A model generated the notes under the pieces. The model was not told where the DNA came from, ran no database searches, and saw nothing but the letters and a program-made list of their open reading frames with translations. From NCBI GenBank assembly GCA_018716135.1, contig DVKG01000009.1:37525-101524 (forward strand): a DNA stretch of 64,000 nt. The letters are read 5' to 3'. The DNA is from Candidatus Scybalosoma faecavium (GTDB lineage: Bacteria; Bacillota; Clostridia; Christensenellales; Christensenellaceae). Below are positions 39,391 through 49,093 of the stretch, one piece after another (position 1 is the first letter of the stretch; every line of letters starts with the position of its first letter). The translations under genes were made by a program, and so were the position numbers.

Positions 39391-40692
39391 TCACGCCGCA
39401 TGATGCTCATCGCTATGATGACTCTGCGCCGCAGACGAGCTGCCGCTCGCTTTTTCTGTTTCATATTCTATAATCGCGCCTGTTTTGCCGTTTATCTCAA
39501 TGCTGTATTCCGTACCTCCGGACACGAATTCTACTTCATAGTTTCCGTCGTCCGTCTCTATCTCAAGCTCTGTGATTTCCGCTTCTGTTTTGCCCGCTTT
39601 TTCTAAAGCTGCCTTTTTAGCTTCTTCAACCGTCACTTTCATGCTTGACGAGCTCTGGTTTGCTTTCGACGCTTTATGAGAATGATCTGATTTTTCTTTG
39701 CTGCATTCTATTACATCTCCGTTGTCGGCGGCTATTTCATATTCATACTCTTGACCGCTATAGCAGAATTCGACCTCATAGACCATTTTTCCGTCTTCGC
39801 TGTCCATCCCGACTTCCTGACATGTAATGTCCGTCTCTTTTAAGCCCGCGTCCTTCAGCGCTATCTCAAGAGCTGATTCAGAGCCTATATAAGCCTTTTC
39901 GCTCGCATTTCCCGTCTTGCTCACCGACGTTATTGCATCTCCGCGTGAGGATATAACGAGATTTATCTCATGGATAGAAAGCTTCGCCAGCTCAGACGCC
40001 ACCAGCGTCGGATCTTCCTGAGTCACGTCATATATCAGCTGCGCCTTTGCATGTGTAATAGCGCATTCATCCGCCAGAGCCATTACTTTTTCGTTCTCCG
40101 TCATGGTCTGCGTCATCACTGATCCATTGAGCGAATATGCGTTCATAAGTTCTTCAATCTCGCTCGCCAGCTTGCTTTGAAGCTCTTTGCATCTCGCGTC
40201 GTCAGCATTTTCTACTGATATAAGCACAGAATTGGCCAGCTCGTCTATATAGCCGTTTTTCAGCATAGCGCCTATTATCGCATTCACCGCAACCTTGAGA
40301 TCCGTCCCCTTCAGATCCATATCATCAAGCATATCCTTCGCGTCTTCATTCAAGGTTTTTACTTCTACCACATGGTCTCCGTCGTCTATATTCAGCTCCA
40401 AGCTCGGATTTACATCGAGCGCTACAATAGCGTCAACCGCAGCCGTTTGCGTGCCGCCGCCCGATCCAAACGCCAAAACTCCCGCCACAACCAGGACTAT
40501 CGCTGCTGCTCCTGCGATAACTCCCCGGAAAAACGGCGGTATTCTCTTTTTTCTCTTTTTGCTGCCTTCTGAAATGTCTGTCATGTTAGAAGCCTCCTGA
40601 TTTTTAAGATCAGAGAGTATGTCATCCAATATGTCAGGTACTGAATTGTCCACGGCAGCCTTCAGTCTGTCTTCAATGTTATCGTGCTTCAT
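39391..40692 (-). CDS. Membrane anti-sigma factor with extracytoplasmic PepSY-like repeats
   Basis: 433 aa with a short N-terminal cytoplasmic segment and one TM (FFRGVIAGAAAIVLVVAGVLAF). Two C-terminal PepSY-like modules (..ALEIALKDAGLKETDI..VYEVEF.., ..AKKAALEKAGKTEAEI..NYEVEF..). The start overlaps the sigma stop (ATGA). Confidence 0.6.
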   Translation of the reverse strand: MKHDNIEDRLKAAVDNSVPDILDDILSDLKNQEASNMTDISEGSKKRKKRIPPFFRGVIAGAAAIVLVVAGVLAFGSGGGTQTAAVDAIVALDVNPSLELNIDDGDHVVEVKTLNEDAKDMLDDMDLKGTDLKVAVNAIIGAMLKNGYIDELANSVLISVENADDARCKELQSKLASEIEELMNAYSLNGSVMTQTMTENEKVMALADECAITHAKAQLIYDVTQEDPTLVASELAKLSIHEINLVISSRGDAITSVSKTGNASEKAYIGSESALEIALKDAGLKETDITCQEVGMDSEDGKMVYEVEFCYSGQEYEYEIAADNGDVIECSKEKSDHSHKASKANQSSSSMKVTVEEAKKAALEKAGKTEAEITELEIETDDGNYEVEFVSGGTEYSIEINGKTGAIIEYETEKASGSSSAAQSHHSDEHHAA

Positions 40693-41255
40693 TCCGACAC
40701 CTCCAGTTTCGCGCGGAGCTTTTTGAGTGCTCTGTTATATTTTGACAACACTGTGTTCACAGATAACTCCATCACAGACGCAATCTCTCTATGTTTAAAT
40801 CCGGCTACGGCATGCAGCATGACTATCTGCCTTTCGTCATCCTTGAGCTCTGATATCGCCGCCTCCAGCACGACCTTATCCTCAGTCGCAGGGATCTTCC
40901 CCTCCGCCACGAAAAGCTTTATCGTCTCTTCGCCTGAATCTGTTGTTCTGGCACGGCTTCTGAGCTTCATAAGAGCCAGATTACGCACTATGGTCAGCAG
41001 CCACGCCATAGGCGTCCCCTTCGGCGTATAAATCGCAGCCGCTTGAAAAGCCTTGATATACGCATCGTGCATTACATCCTGCGCGTCGTGCGCGTTTTTT
41101 AGTATAGACAGCGCAAAGCCATACACCTGACTCTTGCTCAGCTCATAAAATTCCTCCATTGCGCCAACCTTGCCCTGCGCCATGGAACTTAGAGCCGCTT
41201 CCAGCTGTACGTCCCGCTTTTCCCTCTCTTTGTCTGTAATCGTGAAGAATACCAT
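40689..41255 (-). CDS. ECF-type RNA polymerase sigma-70 family factor
   Basis: Region 2 plus a region 4 HTH (FKHREIASVMELSVNTVLSKYNRALKKLR). ATG 41255 is preferred over the track GTG at 41261 on SD spacing. Confidence 0.85.
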   Translation of the reverse strand: MVFFTITDKEREKRDVQLEAALSSMAQGKVGAMEEFYELSKSQVYGFALSILKNAHDAQDVMHDAYIKAFQAAAIYTPKGTPMAWLLTIVRNLALMKLRSRARTTDSGEETIKLFVAEGKIPATEDKVVLEAAISELKDDERQIVMLHAVAGFKHREIASVMELSVNTVLSKYNRALKKLRAKLEVSE

Positions 41256-41400
41256 GAGCACTCTTCCCCCTCTGTCATAGAGTAAATGCTTCTGAACTAC
41301 TTTTTATTGCACAGCAATTTATTTTTTCTCAGCATTTTTTTATTTATATATTATATCACACCTTTTTCTCACAAACTATACGATTTTTTTGTTAAGCTTC

Positions 41401-41434
41401 ATAAAAATAAGAGATCGGCGAACGCCAATCTCTT
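41401..41434 (-). terminator. Intrinsic terminator after the NlpC/P60 gene
   Basis: AAGAGAUUGGCG-UU-CGCCGAUCUCUU hairpin followed by AUUUUUAU on the minus strand. Confidence 0.75.
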
Positions 41435-41453
41435 AATACTCAAGTCTTTATTC

Positions 41454-43130
41454 TCATTCAAAAATTCTGCAGCCGTGTTTGAAATGAGATACCCAATAGC
41501 TGTTTTTGCTTATGTTCTTTGCGATTCTGATTACGCCGTCGCTGGACGATGCGTCGATCATCATATCGTCTCCGAGAGAGATGCCCACGTGACCCGAGAA
41601 GCAGATTATATCGCCTGCTCTAAGATCTTTCATGCTGGATATCTTAGTATAAGTCGTCAAGCTTCCCCATGTAGAAGAAGTCATATACTTGATACTATAA
41701 CCCGCATTGTTGAGTGACCAATAGACAAATCCGGAACAGTCGAATACGTTCGGTCCTTTGCCGCCGAGCACATACGGATAGCCGAGCTTGCTCTTTGCTA
41801 CGGAAATGAGCTTCTGTATCATCGCTTTTGATTCCGCGGATACTTCGCCGTCTATCGTTACATCCTCATCGTTAATGTCCGGATCAGAGCCGGAGCCCAC
41901 GTCGCTGTCTGTCTCGCCCGTCTCCGTGCCCGTTCTCGGGTTGAGCTTAAATGCGATGTCCGCTGTCGCCGTGCTGTCCGAGCCGTCGTCCACCGTCAGC
42001 TTTGCAGTGAATTTTCCGGGAACGTATTCCTTGCCCAATCTCCATACGGCGCTCATTCTCGTGCCTTCCATCTTCTCGTTGCTGAGAAGAGTAGCCACTT
42101 TGTCGCCTTCAGAGTCATTAATGACCAAAGTCACCTTTGCGCCGGTCTTCGCCGAAATTATGAACGTCGGGTTTCCGTCCTCGTTAGGCGTGACGTTTTC
42201 CGTTATCATTTCAAATCCGTCGATTTTAGCAGTTGTGCCGGGCGTAGAAGTCGCTGCGGCAGATGCTGTTGCCGTCGCGATAGGAGTAGCGGTCGCAGCA
42301 GGGGTCTCGGTCGGCTCAGGTTCTGCGCTTTCCGACGCCGTGCTGTTTTCGGCCGCTTCGCTTACCGGAATGCTGTAGTTCTTCGTCTTTGCAACAGAAC
42401 TGTCTTTGTAAGCGTTAAACGTTACCTTTTTCGTTCCTGATGACGAAAATTTCAAATCCAGCGACCATGTCTTCGTTCCGTCAGAATTTGTCTTTCCTGA
42501 GCTGGATGAATCCACGGTCTTTCCGTCAGAGACAAATTTAACCTTTGTTACTGTTTTCGGAGTTACGACCTTGCACGCGACTGTTTCACCTACTTCGATC
42601 GTACTCTGCGCGGGAGTAATCTTGTACGTATTGGGCACTGCTTTTACCGTTACATTATATGCCTTTTCCGGCATAAGCTTTATGCCCTTGTTGTTCTTCG
42701 CAGCTACAAACTGCACTTCGTAAGAACCCTTTTTAGTACAGGATACCTCTATAGTCCATTTGCGTACACCGCCTGACGTAGTGTACTTAGTCGTTTTGCC
42801 AACCTGTGTGCCGTTGATAAAAGCGTGAACGCTAGTTATCGAAGTCGGCGTAGAGAATGTGTACGTCAGCTTATCGCCGACATAGGCAGACGTTCCGCTC
42901 GCCTTTACAGTGTAGGAAGAACTTGAGCTGGCCAGAGTCGCCGACTTAGTCAATAGCTCACTTTCTTCTGTGTTTGCACCCGTCGTTTCCCCAGCTATCA
43001 GAACTGAGCCAGCCTCCTGCTGCGCTTCAGTCGAAACAACCGTGGCAGTGTCTCCCTCGGCAAAAGCCGCGGCAGGTGCAAGGCATGTTATGAATGCCAT
43101 CGTCAGCAATAATGCTGTTGCTTTCTTCAT
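41454..43130 (-). CDS. Secreted cell-wall hydrolase: signal peptide, two Ig-like repeats, Thr/Ala/Pro linker, a further beta-sandwich domain, and a C-terminal NlpC/P60 (C40) peptidase
   Basis: Start moved to ATG 43130 (MKKATALLLTMAFITCLAPAAAFA, signal peptide; GGAGGG RBS). Two ~95-aa internal repeats. The catalytic Cys sits in ..FDCSGFVYW.. and the His in ..FSGHVGI... Confidence 0.85.
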   Translation of the reverse strand: MKKATALLLTMAFITCLAPAAAFAEGDTATVVSTEAQQEAGSVLIAGETTGANTEESELLTKSATLASSSSSYTVKASGTSAYVGDKLTYTFSTPTSITSVHAFINGTQVGKTTKYTTSGGVRKWTIEVSCTKKGSYEVQFVAAKNNKGIKLMPEKAYNVTVKAVPNTYKITPAQSTIEVGETVACKVVTPKTVTKVKFVSDGKTVDSSSSGKTNSDGTKTWSLDLKFSSSGTKKVTFNAYKDSSVAKTKNYSIPVSEAAENSTASESAEPEPTETPAATATPIATATASAAATSTPGTTAKIDGFEMITENVTPNEDGNPTFIISAKTGAKVTLVINDSEGDKVATLLSNEKMEGTRMSAVWRLGKEYVPGKFTAKLTVDDGSDSTATADIAFKLNPRTGTETGETDSDVGSGSDPDINDEDVTIDGEVSAESKAMIQKLISVAKSKLGYPYVLGGKGPNVFDCSGFVYWSLNNAGYSIKYMTSSTWGSLTTYTKISSMKDLRAGDIICFSGHVGISLGDDMMIDASSSDGVIRIAKNISKNSYWVSHFKHGCRIFE

Positions 43131-43596
43131 ACAGCCCTCCTTTGTTACATGTTGTTTACATACAGTATTATAATACAGCCTCTTTTCTCTTTTCAATTAA
43201 ATAAAGCCTTGTTCAAAGTTTGTTTACTTTTTCCCAAGTGCCTTTATACTTCATTGTCTGTTAGTTAATTTTATTGTTCTTTTGTTCTCTTTATTTCCGT
43301 CGATATTTTTGTATCGTTCACATTTTGTTCACATTATATTTAAAACTGTCCTCTGTTCTTTATCTAAAATTAGTCTGCAGTGCCAAAAATCCCGTATTTT
43401 AGGCATTTTTTACAGGCTGCCCGCAATCGCTTTATTGTGAAATTATTATCAATTTTAGCCTTATAATTACACCTTGCATACGAATTAAATTCTGATAACA
43501 CGCACACAAATTTAAATCTTCCGAAAACATTCATATATTTTTCTGCATAATTAATTATTTATCGCTAATTTTTATGCCTTTGCAACGACAAAGAAT

Positions 43597-43629
43597 TAAA
43601 AAACCGATGCAGTTCAATATTGCATCGGT
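43597..43629 (-). terminator. Intrinsic terminator after punA
   Basis: ACCGAUGCA ... UGCAUCGGU hairpin followed by U6AAUUC on the minus strand. Confidence 0.8.
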
Positions 43630-43640
43630 TCCGCAGTTTA

Positions 43641-44456
43641 TCATATTTTCGTTAATATTCTGTGCAGCAGCATTTCGGATTCCGCCGCTTTTCTCCTGCC
43701 TATTTCTATAACCTCATCTCCCGAAAGAGCTTCCTCCTGCACGCCTGCCGCCATATTTGTTATCATAGATATCCCGAGGACGTTCAGACCGCAGTGAGCC
43801 GCCGCCACAACTTCCAGAACGGTAGACATTCCCACGGCGTCCGCTCCCAAAGCTCTGAACGCGCGTATCTCAGCCGGAGTCTCGAAGTTCGGTCCGAGGC
43901 AGCCCAGATAAACTCCTTCTTTCAGATCTATTCGCAGATCTTCTGCGCATTCCCGCGCCAGCTCGCAGAGCTTCGGCGTGTACGCGGCGGACATATCCGG
44001 AAAACGCACTCCGACTCTGTCGTCATTTTCGCCCACAAGAGGATTCTTCCCCGTCAGGTTTATATGATCTGTTATGAGCATTAAATCTCCGCCGTTGAAG
44101 CTTTCGTTTATCCCGCCTGCGGCGTTTGTCAGTATCACAGTGTGAGCACCTATAAATTTCATCACCTGTATCGGGAACACCGTATCAGAGGCCGCGTATC
44201 CCTCGTAGCAGTGCAGCCTGCCTCCCATGCACGCAACGCGCTTTCCTCCAAAATCGCCTATTATCAACTTTCCGGCATGAGCAGGAGCTGTAGACATCTG
44301 AAAATTGGGAATGTCTTTATAGTCGAGTTCTACCGCATTTTCAACATAATTCACCAAGACGCCCTGCGCCGATCCGAGCACAAGACCTATCTGTATTTCT
44401 CCCGCCTTGTCCTTTATGTATTCCGCCGCCTCCATTAATCTTTCGTAAAGCGCCAT
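43641..44456 (-). CDS. punA: Purine nucleoside phosphorylase (PNP-I, trimeric type)
   Basis: 271 aa with ..GRLHCYEGY.. and ..VILTNAAGGIN.. blocks. Confidence 0.88.
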   Translation of the reverse strand: MALYERLMEAAEYIKDKAGEIQIGLVLGSAQGVLVNYVENAVELDYKDIPNFQMSTAPAHAGKLIIGDFGGKRVACMGGRLHCYEGYAASDTVFPIQVMKFIGAHTVILTNAAGGINESFNGGDLMLITDHINLTGKNPLVGENDDRVGVRFPDMSAAYTPKLCELARECAEDLRIDLKEGVYLGCLGPNFETPAEIRAFRALGADAVGMSTVLEVVAAAHCGLNVLGISMITNMAAGVQEEALSGDEVIEIGRRKAAESEMLLHRILTKI

Positions 44457-44469
44457 GTCTCTTTCTCTC

Positions 44470-45162
44470 CTATTCCATGTTTTTTAATAAATCGGGGCGC
44501 ACGCGCCTCGTTTTTTCTATCGCTTTTTCTCGCTGCCATTTTACTATATTTGCATGATGCCCGCTCAGCAGAACCTCCGGCACCTTCAGCCCGCGAAAAT
44601 CACTCGGTCTGGTATACTGCGGATACTCCAGCAGCCCCGCGGAGTGAGACTCGTCCTCCGTGCTCATGGCATTCCCCAACACTCCGGGAATATGACGCAT
44701 CACGCTGTCCAGCAGCACCATGGCAGGAAGCTCTCCCCCCGTGAGCACATAGTCTCCGATAGAGATCTCTCTGTCTATCAATTCGTCTATTATGCGCTGG
44801 TCCACTCCTTCATAATGACCGCAAAGTATATTTACGGCGTCGTATTCAGCAATTTCACGTGACATGCCTGCATTGAGCACATCTCCCGCAGGAGACATAT
44901 ATACATTGAGCACGCGCTTTCCATCCTGCTCTTTCGCCACCGCCGCGAAGCAGTCAAAAACGGGCTGAGGCATTATGAGCATACCCGCTCCGCCGCCGAA
45001 AGGCGCATCGTCTACGCGCCTATGCTTATCCAACGTGTAGTCTCTGAAATTTATAAGATTCACCCGCACATGCCCCGCCTCTATCGCACGCTTGAGCATA
45101 CTCTCCTCAAGCAGGCCCCGAAGCATATCCGGAAATATAGTAAGTATGTTAAACTCTATCAT
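44470..45162 (-). CDS. trmD: tRNA (guanine37-N1)-methyltransferase
   Basis: 230 aa, MIEFNILTIFPDM.., SPOUT knot region. Confidence 0.95.
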   Translation of the reverse strand: MIEFNILTIFPDMLRGLLEESMLKRAIEAGHVRVNLINFRDYTLDKHRRVDDAPFGGGAGMLIMPQPVFDCFAAVAKEQDGKRVLNVYMSPAGDVLNAGMSREIAEYDAVNILCGHYEGVDQRIIDELIDREISIGDYVLTGGELPAMVLLDSVMRHIPGVLGNAMSTEDESHSAGLLEYPQYTRPSDFRGLKVPEVLLSGHHANIVKWQREKAIEKTRRVRPDLLKNME

Positions 45163-45321
45163 ACTTTCCTTTTTCCCTCTCGCCCCTTTGCAAAATTCAA
45201 AAGTGTTTTTTATCGGTATTGATTGTTATATTATACCACGAAGTCAAGGCTTCGTCATCCTTTTCTTCCTCCGCGAAGCCGTAAAGTCGATAAATCATAG
45301 GCTTTCTTTATTTTATACGCT

Positions 45322-45837
45322 TCAGTCAAATACTGCTATCTTTTCCAACTCGTCTGCATTCACGACTATCTGAGCCGCCTCTGCATCGCGCTTCACTATA
45401 ACATGCGGCACAGCCGGAAACATACAGCCCCTCTCGCCTTTGACCACATATACGTCGGTCGCGCCGTTTTGCAGCACATCCGTCAGCTCTCCCAGTTCCT
45501 CGCCCTTGTCCGTGCTCACTCTGGCGCCTATTATATCCGCTATATAAACAGCGCCCTCCGGCAGCGGCGCCGCGCTCTCGCGATCTATATATATAACGCG
45601 GTTTCTGTATGTCTCCGCTTCGTTCCTGTCCGGTATTCCTTCTATTTTTAAATACACAAACTGCTTATACGTTCTTGCTCCGGACACGCTGCGTCTTTCG
45701 TATTCATCGCCTTTTTTTAAATATATATGATCTATATCGCCGACTCTGCTAAGGTCGTCTGTAAAAGTCTTGAGTTTTAGCTCGCCTTTTATACCCTGCG
45801 GTTTGAGCACCTGCCCAAATCTAAAATACTTCTCCAT
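45322..45837 (-). CDS. rimM: 16S rRNA processing protein RimM
   Basis: 171 aa, ..GQVLKPQGIKGELK.., PRC barrel C-terminus. Confidence 0.9.
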   Translation of the reverse strand: MEKYFRFGQVLKPQGIKGELKLKTFTDDLSRVGDIDHIYLKKGDEYERRSVSGARTYKQFVYLKIEGIPDRNEAETYRNRVIYIDRESAAPLPEGAVYIADIIGARVSTDKGEELGELTDVLQNGATDVYVVKGERGCMFPAVPHVIVKRDAEAAQIVVNADELEKIAVFD

Positions 45838-45900
45838 CCGATCTCCTTTTTATATAAAAATTCGGCACGCTGTCTCTTTGAGACTTCATGCCGAATTGTG

Positions 45901-46131
45901 TCAGACTATTTCGACGACGTATTTTTTGTCGCCCTTCGCGGAGGCCGCTTTGACCACAGTTCTGATTGCCTTGGCTATTCTGCCCTGCTTTCCTATGACC
46001 TTGCCCATATCGTCTTCCGCGACGTTGAGTTCAATCGTGATCGTTCCGTCTGCGCCTTCGCTCTCTTTTACTTTTACTGCACCCGGCTCGTCTACGAGGG
46101 ATTTTGCAATATATTCCACTAATTCCAGCAT
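45901..46131 (-). CDS. khpA: KH-domain RNA-binding protein (YlqC/KhpA)
   Basis: 76 aa with the GxxG KH motif (IGKQGRIAKAIR). Sits between rpsP and rimM. Confidence 0.9.
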   Translation of the reverse strand: MLELVEYIAKSLVDEPGAVKVKESEGADGTITIELNVAEDDMGKVIGKQGRIAKAIRTVVKAASAKGDKKYVVEIV

Positions 46132-46171
46132 GCGGTATCCTTTCTATGTACAGCCGGCGTATTGCGGCTTA

Positions 46172-46414
46172 TTACTTTTCAATCGCTCCGTTTTTCTTGA
46201 GCAAAGCGCGTACTGTATCTGTCGGCTGAGCGCCCTTCTTGATCCAGTCTGCCGCCTTTTCATTGTCAATCTTAGTTTCCTTTGTAAGAGGATTGTAGTA
46301 ACCCAGCTCCTCGATGAAGCGGCCGTCTCTGGGGGAGCGGCTGTCAGCGACTACTACTCTGTAAAAAGGATTTTTCTTGCTGCCCATTCTCTTAAATCTG
46401 ATTTTAACTGCCAT
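46172..46414 (-). CDS. rpsP: 30S ribosomal protein S16
   Basis: 80 aa, [26 protein letters not shown]... Confidence 0.97.
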   Translation of the reverse strand: MAVKIRFKRMGSKKNPFYRVVVADSRSPRDGRFIEELGYYNPLTKETKIDNEKAADWIKKGAQPTDTVRALLKKNGAIEK

Positions 46415-46461
46415 TGTTTTTCTCCTAAATTATATAAATGATTTTATTTTATTATGCAAGC

Positions 46462-47790
46462 TCAGAAGGGCATTCGGAACATCCCACGGCCTTTTTTGCC
46501 TTTTTTTCCGCCCATCATTTGCTTCATCATCTTCTTCATTTGCTCGAACTGATTCAAAAGTCTGTTGACCTCCTGCACGCTCGTGCCGCTGCCCGCCGCG
46601 ATTCTCTTTCTGCGGCTGGCGTTTATTATCTGAGGGTTATCCCGCTCCTTGAGCGTCATTGAGCAGATTATCGCCTCTGTCTTTTTCATGCCTGTCTCAT
46701 CGACCTGCATTCCCTTGAGCTTATTTCCGCCGGGGATCATCCCCAGCATCTCGTCCAATCCGCCCATATCCTTGAGCTGCCTGAGCTGTTCGAGAAAATC
46801 GGAGAGCGTAAATTGCTCCTGCTTCATCTTGCGCATGGCTTCCAGCGATTTTTTCTGATCGAAAGCTTCTTCCGCCTTTTCAATCAGAGTCATCACGTCG
46901 CCCATGCCCAATATTCTCGACGCCATTCTATCCGGATAAAACGCCTCTATATCAGACATTTTCTCACCCGTTCCGACAAACTTTATCGGCTTGCCCGTAA
47001 CTTCTTTTACGCTCAGCGCGGCGCCGCCTCTGGCATCGCCGTCCACCTTAGTGAGAATAACGCCCGTCAGCTCCACCTGCTCGTTGAAAGCCTTCGCCGC
47101 ATTGACCGCGTCCTGACCTGTCATTGCGTCTATGACCAGCAGAACCTCGTCGGGCTCCGCCTCTTCTCTCAGCTCTATAAGCTCCGCCATCATGTCCTCG
47201 TCGATGTGCAGTCTGCCTGCCGTATCTACGATTATGACGTCGTTGCCCTTGTCCTCTGCGTACTTCTTCGCCGCCTTGAATATCTTTTTGGGCTTATCCT
47301 GCCCCATTTCAAAGGAATCCACGCCCGCCGTGCCGGATACGACTACCAACTGCTTTATCGCCGCAGGTCTATATACGTCGCACGCCACAAGCAGCGGCTT
47401 TTTTCCTTTTTTCTTCAAGTATGCGCCCAGCTTGCCGCACATAGTCGTCTTGCCCGCTCCCTGCAGGCCCGCCATCAGTATTACCGTCGGCGGTTTAGAC
47501 GCTATTTTCAGATCGCTCCTCTGACCTCCCAGAAGCGCAACCATCTCGTCGCGCACTATCTTAATTACCTGCTGACCCGGAGTGAGACTCTCCAGAACCT
47601 CCGTGCCCACGGCTTTTTCTGATACTGCTTTTATGAACTTCTTGACTACCAGGAAGTTTACATCCGCTTCGAGCAGCGCAAGCTTTACTTCGCGCATCGC
47701 CGCTTTTATATCTGACTCTGAGAGCTTGCCCTTGCCCGTGAGCTTTTTGAATACGTTTTGTAATTTGTCCGCTAAACCGTCAAAAGCCAT
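46462..47790 (-). CDS. ffh: Signal recognition particle protein
   Basis: 442 aa with an NG domain (GLQGAGKTT) and a Met-rich M domain. Confidence 0.97.
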   Translation of the reverse strand: MAFDGLADKLQNVFKKLTGKGKLSESDIKAAMREVKLALLEADVNFLVVKKFIKAVSEKAVGTEVLESLTPGQQVIKIVRDEMVALLGGQRSDLKIASKPPTVILMAGLQGAGKTTMCGKLGAYLKKKGKKPLLVACDVYRPAAIKQLVVVSGTAGVDSFEMGQDKPKKIFKAAKKYAEDKGNDVIIVDTAGRLHIDEDMMAELIELREEAEPDEVLLVIDAMTGQDAVNAAKAFNEQVELTGVILTKVDGDARGGAALSVKEVTGKPIKFVGTGEKMSDIEAFYPDRMASRILGMGDVMTLIEKAEEAFDQKKSLEAMRKMKQEQFTLSDFLEQLRQLKDMGGLDEMLGMIPGGNKLKGMQVDETGMKKTEAIICSMTLKERDNPQIINASRRKRIAAGSGTSVQEVNRLLNQFEQMKKMMKQMMGGKKGKKGRGMFRMPF

Positions 47791-47791
47791 T

Positions 47792-48130
47792 CTAATCCTC
47801 CCAGATACTTCTAAGGATATCAGCCGCGTACAGCAGCTCTCCCGTATGTACGCCGCGAGCTATCAATCCCTCTATAACGTAAATCGCATCGTATGTCTTA
47901 TGAAACGCAGATCTCAGCCCGAGCTGATGCTCCAGCTGTCTCAAATGCGCCTCTCCGCGTTTGAGACTGTCCAGCGCCGCCTGCCGAGATGTTCCCGTGT
48001 TTTCCGCAATCTCCGCCAAAGAGTAATCCAAGTTGTAATACATGTCCAGAGTTTCCCTCTGCTTATCCGTCAGCAAAGACGAATAAAACTCCAAAAGCTC
48101 AGACATCAGCAATTCCTTTTGCTGCGGCAT
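47792..48130 (-). CDS. ylxM: YlxM-family putative DNA-binding protein (UPF0122)
   Basis: 112 aa, sigma-70 region-4-like HTH, immediately upstream of ffh. Confidence 0.85.
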   Translation of the reverse strand: MPQQKELLMSELLEFYSSLLTDKQRETLDMYYNLDYSLAEIAENTGTSRQAALDSLKRGEAHLRQLEHQLGLRSAFHKTYDAIYVIEGLIARGVHTGELLYAADILRSIWED

Positions 48131-48193
48131 GATGTATTATACCCCCTATAAGTTTATGTGTCAAGGTTTTTTTCTTTACACCCTTCGCCCCGT

Positions 48194-49093
48194 CTATTCA
48201 AACAGAGCCGCTGCGAATTCTTCCGCTTCAAACGGCTGCAAATCGTCCATTCCCTCTCCTACGCCGATAAATCGCACGGGCAGCCCCAGCTCCTTGCGTA
48301 TAGCAAGAACCACGCCGCCCTTTGCCGTTCCGTCCAGCTTCGTGAGTATAATGCCGTCCAGCTTAGCCGCGCCGCTAAATTCTTTAGCCTGAGTGATTGC
48401 GTTCTGTCCCGTAGTTGCATCCAAGACTATCAGAGTCTCTCTCGCCGCCTCGGGATATTCCTTATCAACGACTCTTGAAATTTTTGCGAGCTCGTTCATG
48501 AGATTTTTTTTGTTGTGCAGTCTGCCCGCAGTGTCCACGATTATGACGTCGCTCCCGCGATGCTTCGCGGAATCCAGCGCATCGTATACCACCGCGGCAG
48601 GGTCGCTCCCCTCTGAGTATTTAACTATCGGCACTCCGGCTCTCTCAGACCATATTGTAAGCTGCTCCGCCGCCGCCGCTCTGAACGTATCCGCCGCCGC
48701 GAGCAAGACCTCCTTGCCGTTCTGTTTATAATAATTTGCGATTTTGCCTATTGACGTAGTCTTGCCCACTCCGTTTACACCCACGACGAGTATCACCTTG
48801 GGGAATGTCTCCTCCGGCAGCTCCCATGTCAGCTGCTCTGTCAAAATCTCGCGCAGCTTTTCCTGCACGAGCGCCGTATCCGTAATTTTTTCTTCTTTTA
48901 TAGTTTCGCGCAGCCTGTCCATTATTTCTATCGTGGTAGGCGCGCCTACATCGCATAGTATCAGAGTTTCCTCCAGCTCCTCCATCAAATCTTCGTCTAC
49001 CTTTGAAAAGACCGAGAATACCCCGCCGATTTTGCCTGACAGGTTATCTCTCGTCTTGCTCATTCCCTTTTTCAGTTTATCAAAAAATCCCAT
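48194..49093 (-). CDS. ftsY: SRP receptor FtsY (short, NG-only form)
   Basis: 299 aa, GVNGVGKTT, ..DTAGRLHNK... Confidence 0.96.
   Translation of the reverse strand: MGFFDKLKKGMSKTRDNLSGKIGGVFSVFSKVDEDLMEELEETLILCDVGAPTTIEIMDRLRETIKEEKITDTALVQEKLREILTEQLTWELPEETFPKVILVVGVNGVGKTTSIGKIANYYKQNGKEVLLAAADTFRAAAAEQLTIWSERAGVPIVKYSEGSDPAAVVYDALDSAKHRGSDVIIVDTAGRLHNKKNLMNELAKISRVVDKEYPEAARETLIVLDATTGQNAITQAKEFSGAAKLDGIILTKLDGTAKGGVVLAIRKELGLPVRFIGVGEGMDDLQPFEAEEFAAALFE

Noticed and set aside
43370-43534. A 54-codon minus-strand ORF (MNVFGRFKFVCVLSEF..) in the AT-rich region upstream of the NlpC/P60 gene.
   Set aside because: It has no Shine-Dalgarno sequence and AT-rich codon usage unlike the genome's genes. 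It lies within what looks like promoter/operator DNA.
45163-45321. The 159-nt gap between rimM and trmD, which are usually overlapping genes, might hide a gene (33-codon ORF MIYRLYGFAEEEKDDEALTSWYNITINTDKKHF).
   Set aside because: The ORF has no RBS. The gap does contain an extended -10 (TGGTATAAT), so it is more simply an internal promoter region. Evidence is too weak to report as a feature.
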